The notes under the pieces are model-generated. The model did not search any database. It was not told the origin of the DNA and saw only the letters and a list, made by a program, of their open reading frames with translations. The translations under genes were made by a program, and so were the position numbers. This document shows positions 50,001-62,970 of a stretch of DNA of 64,000 nucleotides, piece after piece. The stretch covers positions 13,270,001-13,334,000 of the forward strand of contig NC_086118.1 of assembly GCF_963921235.1 (NCBI RefSeq), read 5' to 3'. This DNA is from Mobula hypostoma (Eukaryota). Every line of letters begins with the position of its first letter. Position 1 is the stretch's first letter.

Positions 50001-50147
50001 ACCTTTTGACTCCCGACTTTGTCTGGGGTCTTACCAACATCTGCCTCCACAATCTCTCTGCTAACTGTTCTGGCACTCTGGTTCCCATCTCCCTGCAACT
50101 TTGGTTTAAGTCCCTCCATGCAACATTAACAAACCTTCCTGCTAGCA
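47045..50147 (-). mobile_element. Decayed CR1 LINE ORF2 (APE and RT)
   Basis: CVYFHAGSIIGKADELRA, RRDREGGMKGGGV, GLYYRPPN, LNWRKANFD, VDKSPRPD, SCLTNPIEFF, FLTQRIVRVWNEL. Confidence 0.92.
48988..49121. mobile_element. 134-bp PLE-derived hairpin insertion
   Basis: Perfect 37-bp inverted repeat (48988-49024 and 49039-49075). 13-bp TSD TCCCTTCAATTGT at 48975-48987 and 49122-49134. Confidence 0.92.
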
Positions 50148-50204
50148 ACCTGAAGAGATGACACAATGTTAAGTATGTAGCAATGCCATGGCAGCTTACA
50201 TGCA

Positions 50205-51845
50205 TAGAGCATAGAACATAGAACAGTACAACACATTATAGGCCCTTCGGCCCACTATGTTGTGCCAACTTTTTAACCAAATCTAAAACCAATTTTACCG
50301 TAGCCCTCTGTTTTTCTTTCATTCACATCCCTATCTAGGAATCTGTTAAGTCTCCCTGATGAATCTGCTCCTCCGCCACACCTGGCAGTGCATTCTACAT
50401 ACCACCACTCTCTATATAGAAACATAGAAACATAGAAAATAGGTGCAGGAGTAGGCCATTCGGCCCTTCGAGCCTGCACCGTCATTCAGTATGATCATGG
50501 CTGATCATCCAACTCAGAACCCTGTACCAGCCTTCCCTCCATACCCCTGATCCCTTTAGCCACAAGGGCCATATCTAACTCCCTCTTAAATATAGCCAAT
50601 GAACTGGCCTCAACTGTTTCATGTGGCAGAGAATTCCACAGATTCACCACTCTCTGTGTGAAGAAGTTTTTCCTCATCTCGGTCCTAAAAGGCTTCCCCT
50701 TTATCCTCAAACTGTGACCCCTCGTTCTAGACTTCCCCAACATCGGGAACAATCTTCCTTCATCTAGCCTGTCCAATCCCTTTAGGATTTTATACGTTTC
50801 AGTAAGATCCCCCCTCAATCTTCTAAATTCCAACGAGTATAAGCCTAGTTGATCCAGTTTTTCATCACATGAAAGTCCTGCCATCCCAGGAATCAATCTG
50901 GTGAACCTTCTTTGTATTCCCTCTATGGCAAGGATGTCTTTCCTCAGATTAGGGGACGAAAGCTGCACACAATACTCCAGGTGTGGTCTCACCAAGGCCT
51001 TGTACAACTGTAGTAGTGCCTCCCTGCTCCTGTACTCGAACCCTCTTGCTATGAATGCCAGCATACCATTCGCCTTTTTCACCGCCTGCTGTACCTGCAT
51101 GCACACTTTCAATGACTGGTGTACAACGACACCCAGGTCTCGGTGCACCTCCCCTTTTCCTAATCGGCCACCATTCAAATAATAATCTGTTTTCCTGTTT
51201 TTGCCACCAAAGTGGATAACCTCACATTTATCCACATTAAATTGTATCTGCTATGAATTTGCCCACTCACCTAACCTATCCAAGTCACCCTGCATCCTCT
51301 TAGCATCCTCCTCACAGTTAACACTGCCGCCCAGCTTTGTGTCATCCGCAAACTTGGAGATGCTGCATTTAATTCCCTCATCTAAGTCATTAATATATAT
51401 AGTAAACAACTGGGGTCCCAGCACTGAGCCTTGCGGTATCCCACTAGTCACTGTCTGCCATCCTGAAACGTTCCGGTTATCCTCCTTTAATTTCCTCCAG
51501 TCACCTTAAAATTATGCCTTCTCATATTAGACATTTCCATCTTGTGTTAAAGGCACTGACTATCCACTCTTTCTAAGCAACTTATCTTATACATATCTAT
51601 CTTATCACCTTCCTTCACTAAACTTATCCTTATAAAACATGCTATGTAATCCCAACAGCATCCTGAAATCTCTTCACTCTCTCTAAATCTTTCATGTTCT
51701 AATGAGATGAGCAGAATACTCATGAAAACAATACTCCAAATGTTGTCTAACCAGAGTTTTCTGGGGATGAAACATTACCTCATGGCTCTTGAACTCATTG
51801 CCCTGACTAATGAAGGCTAACAGACTTCTTAACCACACTATCTGT
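50205..51845 (-). mobile_element. Older CR1 3' fragment split by a younger CR1
   Basis: (AGAACAT)n tail at ~50205. CR1-like sequence resumes after 51466. Confidence 0.65.
50416..51465 (-). mobile_element. Young 5'-truncated CR1 LINE
   Basis: [32 protein letters not shown], and an open 246-aa C-terminal ORF. (TTCTATGT)n tail. Confidence 0.95.
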
Positions 51846-53391
51846 CAGTTTGCATGGTAACAAAATGATGTGCCGATGAGAAAAGTCCTCCTACCACTTC
51901 CTCCCAAGGAATAGGCACTCTGTCTGACCACAGCAGATGTGAGGGAGGAAAACCCCAGCCAGCGTTAACCCACACAAAGCTGACACCATACCTGGTGTTG
52001 TGCTCAGAGACTGTGTAGCTGAGCTAGCAGATGTTCTCACTGACATCTTCAACATCCCCCTGTAGGCTTCAAGGCCACCACCATCAGCTCAGTGGCAAAG
52101 AAGCTGACTCTATACTGCCTAAATGATGACCATTATATGGCATTGACCTCAGTAACAATGAAGTACTTTGAGCGGCCGGTCATAAACTTCATCAAATCTA
52201 ATCTTCCTACCACATTGTTCCCCTACCAGTTTGCATATTGCCCAAACAGACAATGCCATAGCCTTCGCACTTTACACAGTTCTGTCCCACCTGGACAATG
52301 GTGTCTCCTTTGTCAGAGTGCTTTTCTTTCATTAACTTCAGTTTAATTATTCCTCAAAAGCTGGTGGGAAAGCTGTCCATGGTGGATCTCTACACCATCT
52401 GTAACTGGATCTTGGACTTCCTAACAAAGAGACTGCAGACAGTCCACGTCAGCAGCAACCTCTCTGGCTCCACCATGCTGAGCAGCGGTGCTGTCAAAAC
52501 CACGGACACTGCTGCAGAGTCGGTGAGTCTTGCCCACAGGCAGCTGAAGGAAGACGGCAATCATGCACATGAGAATGCCCACATTCCAGACAACTTGGGT
52601 TTCCTTGTAATTGTATTTAACTCTCTTCCTTTTGTTTCAGTCTTGTCAAGTCTTGCTCAAAACACCATGACGACAATGCTCCCTGCTTACCTTGGTCAAC
52701 GTTCTGGAAAGGAAGAGTTATGATTCAGATAGATGCTGCGAAAAGAGCAGAATTAATTTCAATCCAAGTTACTGCATTTGAGCCGCAGTGAGGGCATTGG
52801 TTTTTAATTAGTTTGAGAGTTAGTGGCTCTGTTGGCTTAGCATTTATTATTTTTTTTCTGTATAGTTCTTATTAAAACTCAGTGGCTTATTCCAGGTCTG
52901 TACCACTCCCTCTGCCCTTAGGCTATCACTGAACTTGTGTCAACAAGACATGACATCAAAATGGACACAGTGGACAGAGAACAGCTGAAATCAGCCCTGA
53001 ATTTTATTGGTCAGGAGGGGGAGAAGTTTAAGTCAACGGAGGCTTGGTTGGCAGAAATGGCTCCCATAGTGCGACAACTACTCTCAGTGTGGCAAGCCCT
53101 GCCCAAGTTGGAAGACAGGTGTCAGCACTCGTGACGACAGTTCTGCACTCACAATAGACAGCCAAAATCAGGAACAAAATCTAGTACTCTCACTGCTGCT
53201 TTACAACAGCTCTCTGCCAGGACAGTCCCTCTTCCAGCATCGGAACCTCCCCCATACTCCACAAATGCAGTCTCACTAACCTTGGCCACAAATGTTCTCA
53301 TTCCTTTGGCTGCTTCTGGACCCAAACCAAGCATTCCTCCACCAAGCAAGTACCCCTATGACCCCACTGGCTGCAGGAACTGTATCACCTA

Positions 53392-53520
53392 GGCAAGAGA
53401 AAATCTGCAGATGCCGAAAATCCAAACAACACACACAAGATACTGATGAAACTCTGCAAGCCAGGCAGCATCTGTGGAGAAAAGTACAGTCGATGTTTCG
53501 GGCCAAAACCCTTTGGCAGG
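53392..53520 (-). mobile_element. PLE pLTR / PLE-derived SINE fragment in the Gypsy gag
   Basis: aatctgcagatgc...caacacac...caggcagcatct...cagtcgatgtttcgggcc matches the PLE terminal sequence, with a degenerate hammerhead. Confidence 0.8.
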
Positions 53521-54192
53521 GCAGGTGTGAGCTGACTTTCCAAGCCAATCAGGTCAGCTCAGTGATGATGAACATAAACTGGCTTACATGGTGAATCTCT
53601 TAGTCAGATCCCTACTCAGCCTGTTCAACACCCTACAAGAACGAGGTTCTCCTGCAGCCCAGTCTTTCCAGCAATTTGTATTTGTTTTTAAGAGAGTGTC
53701 TGACCTTCTAGTACAGAGTCAGGAGACACCCACTGACTCCTGGGCACGCACCAAGGGAGAGGGTCACTGAGAGACTATGCGGTAAAGCTCGGCACTTTTG
53801 CAGTTGAGATGGGGTGGACTGAGAGATCTCTTATTACTGTTCTCTAGTTGAGCTGAGCACTAAGGTCCAGCGTGAGACTGCAGTGTATGCTGAACCAAAC
53901 AGGCTGGACAATTTGATAAATCTGGCCAGTTGAAAAGACTGGGCGGGGGGGGGGGGGGGAGGGTTGAGTGACACAGAGAGAGAGAATGTCCCGAGCCTCC
54001 TACTCATCAAAATTCTGCTTGTCTTCACCCTCTCTCTCATCACCCTGTATGTAGTTCATAACGAAGTCTACGCAGGTGGGGGACCAGCACCTATTTCAGG
54101 AGGAATGAGATCGGTGCAGGAGAACAGGTTGCTGCCACAACAGTGGCTCTCCAGGATACTTCTGTGTATCATGTCCCAAGCAAGAATCAAAG

Positions 54193-54815
54193 ATCCAATT
54201 TCAAAGTTCATTTATTACCAAAGTATATATACATTATACAATCTTGAGATTTGTCTCCTTACAGACAGCCACAAAACAAAGAAACCCAAAAGAGCCCATT
54301 AAAAAAAAGACTGTCAAGCCCCTAATGTGCTGGGTAAAAACCCGATCATGCAAATAATAAAAGCAAGCAAATAGTGTTCAGTACTGAAATCCACAAAAGA
54401 AACTCCATCGACAGACATGAAGACAAGGATGCTCAGTTCAGCGCAGAGCCAAGTAAACATCGTGGAGCAGCAAACTGAACCGGTCCATTCCTTTCCTTGA
54501 ACCCCAGCACCCTGACTATTTCAATCTGGCATATTGTTTAAATCATGGTCTAAACATTGGGCTCAATCACTTTGATACACTCTGGGGCTTGGACCTCCAT
54601 TCAGCTGTACCTGACCTTTTCAATTCGGCCCGGCACTTAATTTAAGTGAACCTCCCCCCACCTCAGTTCTGCCGCATCGAATCGCCTCCAAGTCCAAAGG
54701 GAAGGGACACGCTATAGTTTTCAAAGTTTGGTTGACAGAAAAAGTATGATTAACAAAGTACTTAGCTGTTTTCTTAGTTCATTGGCCACCAGCAAGGAGT
54801 TGCTGAGCATCACCT
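54193..54815 (-). mobile_element. Unclassified non-autonomous retroposon between Gypsy gag and protease
   Basis: Minus-strand AATAAA...GAACTTTGAA-type 3' end at ~54200. Flanked by aatcaaag and aatcaagg. The Gypsy sequence resumes after it. Confidence 0.55.
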
Positions 54816-55412
54816 TAATCAAGGAATGTTCCAAGCCTCCTTGTCTTGGGGGTCCCAGACCCAAGTACTTCTGGCATTTATTGACTCTGGGACAGCTGGG
54901 AATCTCATGGATATCTCTCAGGTTCAAACATGGAGAGTTCCCACTCAACAATTGAGAAAGAATATTGATATCAAGGTTCTGGATGGTTGGCCTCTGGGCA
55001 CTAGTAAGATTCACCTTTGCACAGAACCCCCCCAACTTGTGCTAGGGAGAAACCACAGCTCTCCTTCTATCTTGTTGATTCACCTGAACTGCCACTGGGG
55101 ATCTTGGCTTACCCTGGCTTTCTCAACACAACCCACAGATCAATTGGTCCCTGAAGGCACTCCAAGAGTAGGGACTGGCATACCTTTCTACCTGTCTCAG
55201 TCCATTTCAAGCCCTTGTCAGCATAGACCCTCTTGACCAACCTAGTATTACAGCTGAATATGTTGAAATTCTTTAAGTCTTCAGAAAGAAGAAGGCAAAC
55301 TCCCTCCTCCACATCAGCCATACAAATGCACTACTGACCTCTTACCTGGTTCTTGTCCTCCCCTGGGCTACCTCTTTTCCCTCTCTTGTCCTGAAATGGT
55401 GGTCATGGAAGC

Positions 55413-55997
55413 CCATAAGACCACAGAGCATAAGACAAAGGAGCAGAATTAGGCCTTTTTGTCCACTGAGTCTGCTCTGATGTTCTATCTTCTCTGATTT
55501 ATTATTCCTCTCAACCCAATTCCGCTTTTTATCATTACCTTTGACACTCTGATTTACTATTCCCGGAGTCATTATCATGAATCTACTCTGGACCCTTTCG
55601 AATGTCAGCACATCGTTTGTTAGATAAGGGGTCCAAAACTACTCAGGATACTCTAAGTGTGGTCTAACTAATGCTTTATAAACCCTCAGCATTACATCAT
55701 TGCTCTTATATTCTAGTCCTCTTGAAATGAATGTTAATATTGCATTTGCCTTCCTCACCACTGACTCAATCTGCAAGCTAACCTTTAGGGAATCCCAAAA
55801 AAGGACCGCCAAGTCTCCTTGCAACTCTGATTTTTGAATTTTCTCCTTGTTTAGAAAATAGTCTATGCCTTTATTCCTTCTACCAACGTCCATGACTGTG
55901 GATTTCCCTGCACTATCTTCCATCTGCCACTTCTTTACTCATTCTCCCAATCAGTGCAAGCCCTTCTGCAGATTCCCTACATCCTCAACACTACATC
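55413..55997 (-). mobile_element. CR1 3' fragment in the Gypsy pol
   Basis: RGLEYKSNDVMLRVYKALVRPHLEY, with a CR1 tail at 55413. Confidence 0.88.
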
Positions 55998-56271
55998 AGA
56001 CCAGTGATAAAATCCATCAACAAGGTACTGGTCTTGCGATTTATGCAGCCATCTACCTCATCAGCAGGGGCGGGCTTCTTTTTCTCTGAGTAAGAAAGAT
56101 AGCAAACTCACCCCTGCATTGACTATCAACCCTTCAACATCACGTGAAAAACCACTACCCTCTTCCCCTGCTTGTCTCTGCACTTGAACATCTCTAAAGA
56201 GCAACCCAACCATGTTCTCTAAGATTGATCTGCAGAATGCTTACAACCTGATTAGCATTCGTGAAGGGGAC

Positions 56272-57105
56272 AAGGGGTGCTGTATCAAAGGTGGTGATGA
56301 ATCAGTAGTTGGGAGGGAGATTGAAAATTTGGCTGAGTGGTATAATAACAACAACCTCTCTCTCATTGTCAATAAGACCAAAGAATTGATTGTAGACTTC
56401 AGGAGCAGCAAACCAGAGGTCCATGAGCCAATAATCATCGGAGGGTCTGCGGTGGAGACGGTCAGTAACTTTAAATTTCTGGGTATCAGTATCTCAAAGG
56501 ACCTGTCCTGGACCCATCATATAAATATAATTGAGAAGAAAGCACGACAGCACCTCTACATCCTCAAGAGTCTGTGGCGATTCGACGTGTCATTAAAAAC
56601 CTTGGCAAATTTCTACAAATGTGTGGTGGGAAGTGTGCTGACTGGCTGCATTACAGCCTGGTATGCTAACACCAATTCATTTGAGCAGAAAGTCCAACAA
56701 AAGGCCCTGTACATCATGGGTTAAAAATCTCCCAACCATTGAGCACTTCTACATGAAACATTGCCACAGAAAAGCAGCATCCACCATCAAAGATCCTCAC
56801 CACCCAGGACGTGCTCTTTTCTCACTGCTGCCATCAGGAAGAAGGTACAGGAGATTCTGGACTTGCGCCACCAGGTTCAAGAACAGTTACTACCCCTCAA
56901 CCATCAGGCTCTTGAACAAAACTACACTCATTTAAGGACTCTTTTATCTTGTTATTTATTTGTTTCTGTGCTTGCATAGTTTGTTGTCCATTGATCCTGG
57001 TTAATTACTGTTTTCTAGATTTTCTGAGTATGCCCACAGAAAAATAAATCTCAGGGTTGTACGTGATGACATGTATGTATTCTGATAATAAAATTTACTT
57101 TCACC
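56272..57105 (+). mobile_element. Rex1-type LINE 3' fragment in the Gypsy RT
   Basis: NKTKELIVDFR, FKFLGISISKDLSW, KKARQHLYIL, SVLTGCITAWY, LLPSGRRYR, RFKNSYYP. It splits the Gypsy REGDK|WKAAF motif. Confidence 0.9.
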
Positions 57106-58248
57106 TTGGAAGGCAGCATTCAACACCTCCGCTGGCCACCATGGGTACCTCGTGATGCCTTTTGGTCTGGCCAATGTCCCGGCTGTTTTTCAGGTCCTAG
57201 TCAACAATGTGCTCTGGGACCTGTTGAATCAGTTTGCTTTTGTGTATTTGGATGGCATCCTTGTCTATTCCCACTTTAGCCAGGAACAAGCCCAGCATGT
57301 CCAGAAGGCTCTTAGTCGGCTCCATGAGAACAAACTTCATGCCAGGCCACAGAAATGTGAGTTCCACTAAGAGTTCCATACTTGGGCTACATTCTCACCC
57401 CTTTCAGTGTTCAAATGAACCCATGTATATTTCAGATGGCTACAGAGTGGCCCAAACCATCTACGGTCAACAAGTGAGGCGCAAACTTTTATTGCCGCTT
57501 CATCAGAAGCTTCAGTTCCACTATGGCTCCGAAAAATGCACTCACCAAGAAGACCTCTGCAGGGTTCCAATGGACAATTGAAGCTGTCCAAGAATTCTCA
57601 GAGCTAAAGCGACAGTTCACCACATTCATCGTCGAGGTTGATGCACCCAATATCAGGGTTCTCCCATTGAGAGTAGAGAACCACAAATTGGCCCTACACT
57701 ATGTGGGACCATTAGTACGTTAATCAACAGAGCCTCCTATATTCTGCACCTACCATCATCCATGCCAATTCACCCAGTGTTCCATGTTTCTCTGCTCAAG
57801 CCAGTGACTTCCTCCTTCCCTGCTCCAGTCACCTCCTCCCTGCTTGGTGGATGGGTTCCTTGTTTATTCTGTGCGGTGTCTCCTGCCATCTCGTTCGGTG
57901 TGGGACAGAGTCCAATACCTCATTGACTGGGAGGGATATGGCCCAGAGGAATGCTCGTGTGTTCCGGATTGACACATTTAGGGTGTCTCTCATCCAGTAC
58001 CTCCAGCAGGCACAGGCCTCTGGTGCCTCAGGAGCTACACCTAGGCAGGTGGGCCTTGTCACAACTGTGGACACTGCTGTGGTCGGGGCTGTCTGGCAAA
58101 AAGACAGCTGAAAGAAGACTGCAATCCCACACGTGAGAAAGCACTTATTCCATCATTCAGTGATGGTCTTAGTTTTTAGTTAATTTGAGAGTTTTATTTA
58201 GTGGTCCTGTTGACCTAACTTTTATTTTCCTTTTGTTCTATATAGTTG

Positions 58249-58702
58249 GCATCCGTCTGCCTTGAAGGACAATGGGTGATGATGATCTTCATCACAAGCC
58301 TGAGCAGAAAGTATGGGGATCCTGAGATTCCCAGTCGTGAAGAACCTCTCTCGGCCTCACCAGTATAGACCAAAGGAAAGCTATATATTTGGCACCAGCT
58401 TGGATGCAGGAGCTGCTGGAAGGATGTTCAATGATGTCCAGCCGCCTTAGGGGCTCCACTCTGGATTTGCTGTCTGGGTTTACTCCCGTAGCCTTCATCT
58501 CTCCCGAGGCTGCCCACAAGGCAGTGGGGCTGTTTGGCCATAGCTGGGCATCTAGTTCACGAGCTCCAGAGTGGTGTCCACACGTGATGGGCCTGTATGT
58601 AACGTGTGCAGGGGCCAGACCTCTTTCCCATCCTCTGTCGTTCAGCCTAAGTCCGAAAGGAGTTCAGTTTCTATATGCTGCCAGCGAGGAGGCAATACAT
58701 GG
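58249..58702 (-). mobile_element. Probable RTE-related SINE in the Gypsy 3' LTR
   Basis: Absent from the 5' LTR. Flanked by tctatatagtt and tctgtatggtt, versus a single tctgtatagtt in the 5' LTR. The family assignment is tentative. Confidence 0.55.
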
Positions 58703-59989
58703 TCTGTATGGTTCTTATTAAAACTCAGTGAACTTTTTTTTTGGGTCTGTGTCTCTCCCCCTGCTTTTGAGCAACTACTGACCTCCTGTCAGGCACCACC
58801 CCTCCCCAGGGCTGCGTGCTCAGCCCGCTGATGTTCACACTGCTGATGCATGACTGTACTGCCAAAACAAATTGCAACCACATCATCAAGTTTGCTGATG
58901 ACACAACAGTGGTGGCTGGTCTCATTGGCAACAGTGATGAAACAATGTACAGTGCAGCTTGTGGTCTGGTGTAAACACAACAGCCTGAGTCTCAATGTGG
59001 CAAGATGAAAGAGATGCTTGTGGACTCCAGGAAGGTGGGGACTAACTACTGCCTAGTGCGTATCAATGACTTCTCCATGGAGAAGTTCCGGAACACCAAG
59101 TTTCTTGGCATAAACATTACTGGTGATCTTACCTATTCCCTCAAACCAATCTCTTTAGCCAAGAGGGCACAGCAACACCTCCACCTCCTGAGGAGTCTGA
59201 GGCAAGTGAGACTCCGCCACCACCTCACCCCCAATTCTCACCACGTTCTACCAGAGCAATATCAAGAGAGTTTGGACCAGCTGCATCACCGTCTGGTGTG
59301 GGAATTACATTGCAGCAGTTCACTAGACCCTGCAACGGATAGTGAGGACTGTTGAAAACATCATCAGGGTTCATCTCTCCAACCAATTCAGGAAACATAG
59401 ATCAGAAGCTTCCATTATCGTTAAAGAACCCTTTCATCCTTCCCACAATCTCTCCGATCTCCTGCCGTCAGGCAGAAGGCACCACAGCATAAGAACCAGA
59501 AATGTCAGGCTAGATAACATATTCTTCCCCCAGGCTAGTAGACCTCTTAACAGCCTGCCGCAACCCAGCACACATGTATGCTCTGCAGCAACCCACCAAC
59601 TCCCTAACTCAAAGACATGCTCTCATCCTGCACGGATCACTTTTCATCTTTTACTGCTGCTCTCTCACATATTCGTACGGCTGCTTGTTTTACTGTAATA
59701 GTGCTAGTAACGTTAGACTGTCTTGCATAACCATGCATCTTGCACTTTATGTCAACCTGTCAACCTTCAGACCATGTCACTCAGAGTCCTGTGCTGATAT
59801 TTTGTTTGTGACTCTCTGTGACTGTATGTACTGTGCTCTGCATCTTGGCCCCAGAAGGACAATGTTTTGTTCAACTGCGCATATGTATGTGATTGAATGA
59901 CAATAAATGAACTTGAGGAAACTATGGGCATTGGCTCCATGATCACCCTGTTCCTGGGTCACTGCTATGAATTTTGCCATTAACCATCC

Positions 59990-60865
59990 TTTAAGTACTC
60001 GGCCTTCAATTTTGACTTTACCAGGTATTTCACCTCACTGCTTTCCGGATTGAACTCCATCTGCCACTTCTCAGCCCAACTCTGCATCCTGTTAATGTCC
60101 TGTTACAACCTATGATTACCTTTTACATTATCCAAAGACCACCAACCTTCATGTCATTTTCAAACTTACTAACTCGCCCTTCCACTTCCTCGTGCAAGCC
60201 ACTTACAAAAATGGAGTCACAGAACAGATCCCTATTGAACACCACTCGTCACCGACCCCCAGACAGAATACATTCCATCTACTACCACCCTCTGCCTTCC
60301 ATTTTTGCAAGACAATTCTGAATCAATACAGCCAACTTTCCCTGGATTCCATGCTTCCTGTCCTTCTGAATGAGCCTACCATGAAGAATCTTGTCAAACA
60401 CCTTACTAAAATCTATATACATGAAACCCACTGATCTACCTTCATCAGCCTGTTTTGTTACTGTGTCAAAGAATTCAATTAGACTTGTGAAGCACAACCT
60501 GCCCCTCACAAAGTCATGCTGACTATCCCTAATCAGACTATGTTTCTTCAAAAGCTCATAATCCTTTCTCTAAAAATCCTGTACAATAGTTTGCCAATTA
60601 CTGATATAAGACTCACTGCTCTATAATTCCCAGGATTATCCTTAGTACTTTTCTTGAGCTGAAGGATAAAAGTTGCCATCCTCCAATCGTCCAGTACTAC
60701 TCCTGTGGCCAGTGAGGATGCAAAGATCATTGTAACCTCTGGAATATCCATCCAGCTCCAGGGACTTATTTATCATAATGTTTTCCATCTCCTTTCTTAA
60801 TGTCGACATGTTCCAGCACATCAGCCTGTTTTACAGTCTCCTCATACTCGCCGAGGTCCCTCTTG
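59990..60865 (-). mobile_element. Decayed CR1 RT fragment
   Basis: DWRMA, DNPGNYRAVSLISVIGK, SQHDFVRGRLCFTSLIEFF, YIDFSKVFDK. Confidence 0.88.
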
Positions 60866-62691
60866 CCTCTGCTGAAATGTATACTCTAATGAAAATACGT
60901 TAATATTTTGCTAGTGTCTGGGAAATAATTTATAACAAGTGAAATCAATAAATTTGTGAACTTAAACGCATGATATTTGCCTACCATGTTAAACACCCAC
61001 TGCTGTTTGCTTTTAACAAACTTAGAGATAGATTCCCTGTGTGATAGCAGTCTGGAATGTTCCTCCCATTTGTTGGATATTAATGTTTTCTGACCCAAGA
61101 TTCTTCAGAAGTCAAGAATGGAGCATAAAACGTGCAGCTTACTAAACGTAACAAGAGGACTTGAAGATAGCAGAAAGCAAAAGTCAAAGAAGCCTAGTGG
61201 CAGGCAAAGGAAGAAAAGAAGAGAATAAATCAGTGTGGTTTGGTACTGTTATACCAGATTACTTGATAGCACACATTCCATTCAAGTTCCGTTACTTAAA
61301 TGAACCATTAATATAGACTCATTCAGTAATTGGATACCTACACAAGCTACAAAGGCAAATATAACCACTAAAACCATACTGAACAAATCCATGTATATAG
61401 GTAATTAATTAAGAATACCAACAAGCATAACAAAGTTAAACTACAAGGAAAATGATAATCGTACTATTCAATCTGAGCCTGTGCAGATGCTGTTCGGAGC
61501 CAGTTGTAGGAGAAGTGTAAGTTGGCTGGTGTTGCAAGTAGTGGATAGTGTTGTTACCTAGCAGGCCATCATGAGAGATATACGCATGGACTTGTAAGTG
61601 GGAAGATGGGAAGATCTAATGACCGAGCTGCCCATCAGGCACATCTCAGGGGACTGCGTGGACAATGGATCAATAATCTGATGACATCACAATCATGATG
61701 TCAACTTTCAGACCCAGAGTTAAGCTGACTGGCAGGTACCAGGTGACAGATATATTGTCTGAGATATCTTTTCACATCTTCTTCGTCACTGTTGTCTACA
61801 TGAGAAGAAGAAATATGTAATGGTCTTATCAGGAAAAGAGTTCATCCCTGCCATATCCCTAGCTGAGTAGGAAAGTATTTCACTCATGCCTGGCAAATCT
61901 CTGCTCATGGAGAACAGCTATCAACCCTTCAACAGTACCCCTGACTCCTGCAAAACCATCAGCTACTCGTGAATTGCAACTTTGTCTTCAGTAGCGGCAG
62001 CAATCTGTTCTAGAGTGGCAACCCTCTGCTCAGAGAGGTCATCAAAACTGCCCTGTGGGGCATGTCCTTCTTTCTGAAGAGCTTCAGGCTGCTCCTAGGT
62101 GGCACTGAGCCGAGTCCCAGCTGGAACAGGGTAAGACTGTACAAAAGCAGGATTATGTGTGTCCTCCGATTGTGCCTCCACTGTGGAATGGACTGGACTG
62201 TAGGTTTGTTATTTTTCTTGTCATTTAACTTTCTTATGCTTGTTGGTGTTTTTATATAATTGCCTATAAAAATGTGATTGTTCATTGAGTTTTTCAGTAG
62301 TTACAGTTGATCTGTATTTTTATTGGAAGCTTTTTGGTTTCAGTGGTAGATGTTACATTACTTGAATCTGGCTATTTTATTAGTTAATGTTATCAGTGGT
62401 ATTTTAATGGAATTTACAGGTATCAGTAGTTTTATATAAGATCATACCACCTTTATTTCCCCTGTTCTCCTCTCTCTCTCTTTCTTCATTCTTTCTCACC
62501 GTGCTCCCTTCATCTTCTTTGTTCTTGTAATACTTAATAAACTATCACAAGCAACAAGTTTTATGCCTAATTCTTAACATCTGCAGAACCTTTGGACTTC
62601 AGACGCAACAGGATCCAGTAGCTTGGCATCTTGTGCAGATTTAAGGACATGGAAGAGTCCCGGACAATGTGGAAAGTTGTAGCATACACAT

Positions 62692-62768
62692 TTAAAAGGC
62701 GGTAAGGTCGTCCTCCTTATTTTCATAATCGTCAGAGAAATTATCGAGCTCTTGCATCGATACACCAT
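62692..62768 (-). CDS. Candidate terminal coding exon of an unidentified host gene: (D)GVSMQELDNFSDDYENKEDDLTAF*
   Basis: Acceptor ttaaacattctttAG. The phase-1 frame is open for 24 codons to TAA. Non-repetitive, CpG-retaining sequence ending in T-x-F. Confidence 0.55.
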
Positions 62769-62970
62769 CTAAAGAATGTTTAATAGTGAAAGAAAACTCT
62801 ACTATACCACATCACATTCCTTATTCATTGCTCCAGAATGTGGCAGGTTAGTGGCTGGTGTATTTCCCTTTAATATGTGTCCTTCTGATCTATTTATTTC
62901 TTTGCTAATAGTGCCGGCCTCTGAGATGGTGCTGTGGGATGCTAACACAGCAATGCACTGTGCAGCTCAC

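Larger units (their letters stand above)
52492..58799 (+). mobile_element. Chromodomain-containing Gypsy (sushi-like) LTR retrotransposon with both LTRs, decayed and carrying nested inserts
   Basis: LTR starts tgtcaaaaccacggacactgctg (52492) and tgtcacaactgtggacactgctg (58057) share gttcttattaaaactcagtg. gag AVEMGW, protease AFIDSGTAGNLMD, RT FSKIDLQNAYNLISIREGD|WKAAF...YLVMPFGL...VYLDGIL, IHPVFHVSLLKP, chromodomain VQYLIDWEGYGPEECSCVP. Confidence 0.9.
51900..59915 (+). mobile_element. Decayed Rex1-type LINE split by the Gypsy element (pieces ~51900-52491 and ~58800-59915)
   Basis: ALTSVTMKYFER, YQFAY, CNWILDFLT. LSSGA|...PQGCVLSPL is rejoined across the Gypsy insertion. Also KFADDT and LLPSGRR. 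Confidence 0.85.

Noticed and set aside
53941..53963. Poly-G run as a functional G-quadruplex
   Set aside because: A simple homopolymer inside a decayed Gypsy element, with no supporting context and possible sequencing length error.
56212..56724. Apparent Gypsy-RT/LINE-RT fusion protein
   Set aside because: An in-frame junction created by a Rex insertion into the dead Gypsy RT. Both parts are fragments.
62574..62768. ORF MVYRCKSS... as a standalone gene
   Set aside because: The ATG directly follows a splice acceptor. The alternative phase-1 frame looks more protein-like, and this ORF runs into the adjacent putative insert.
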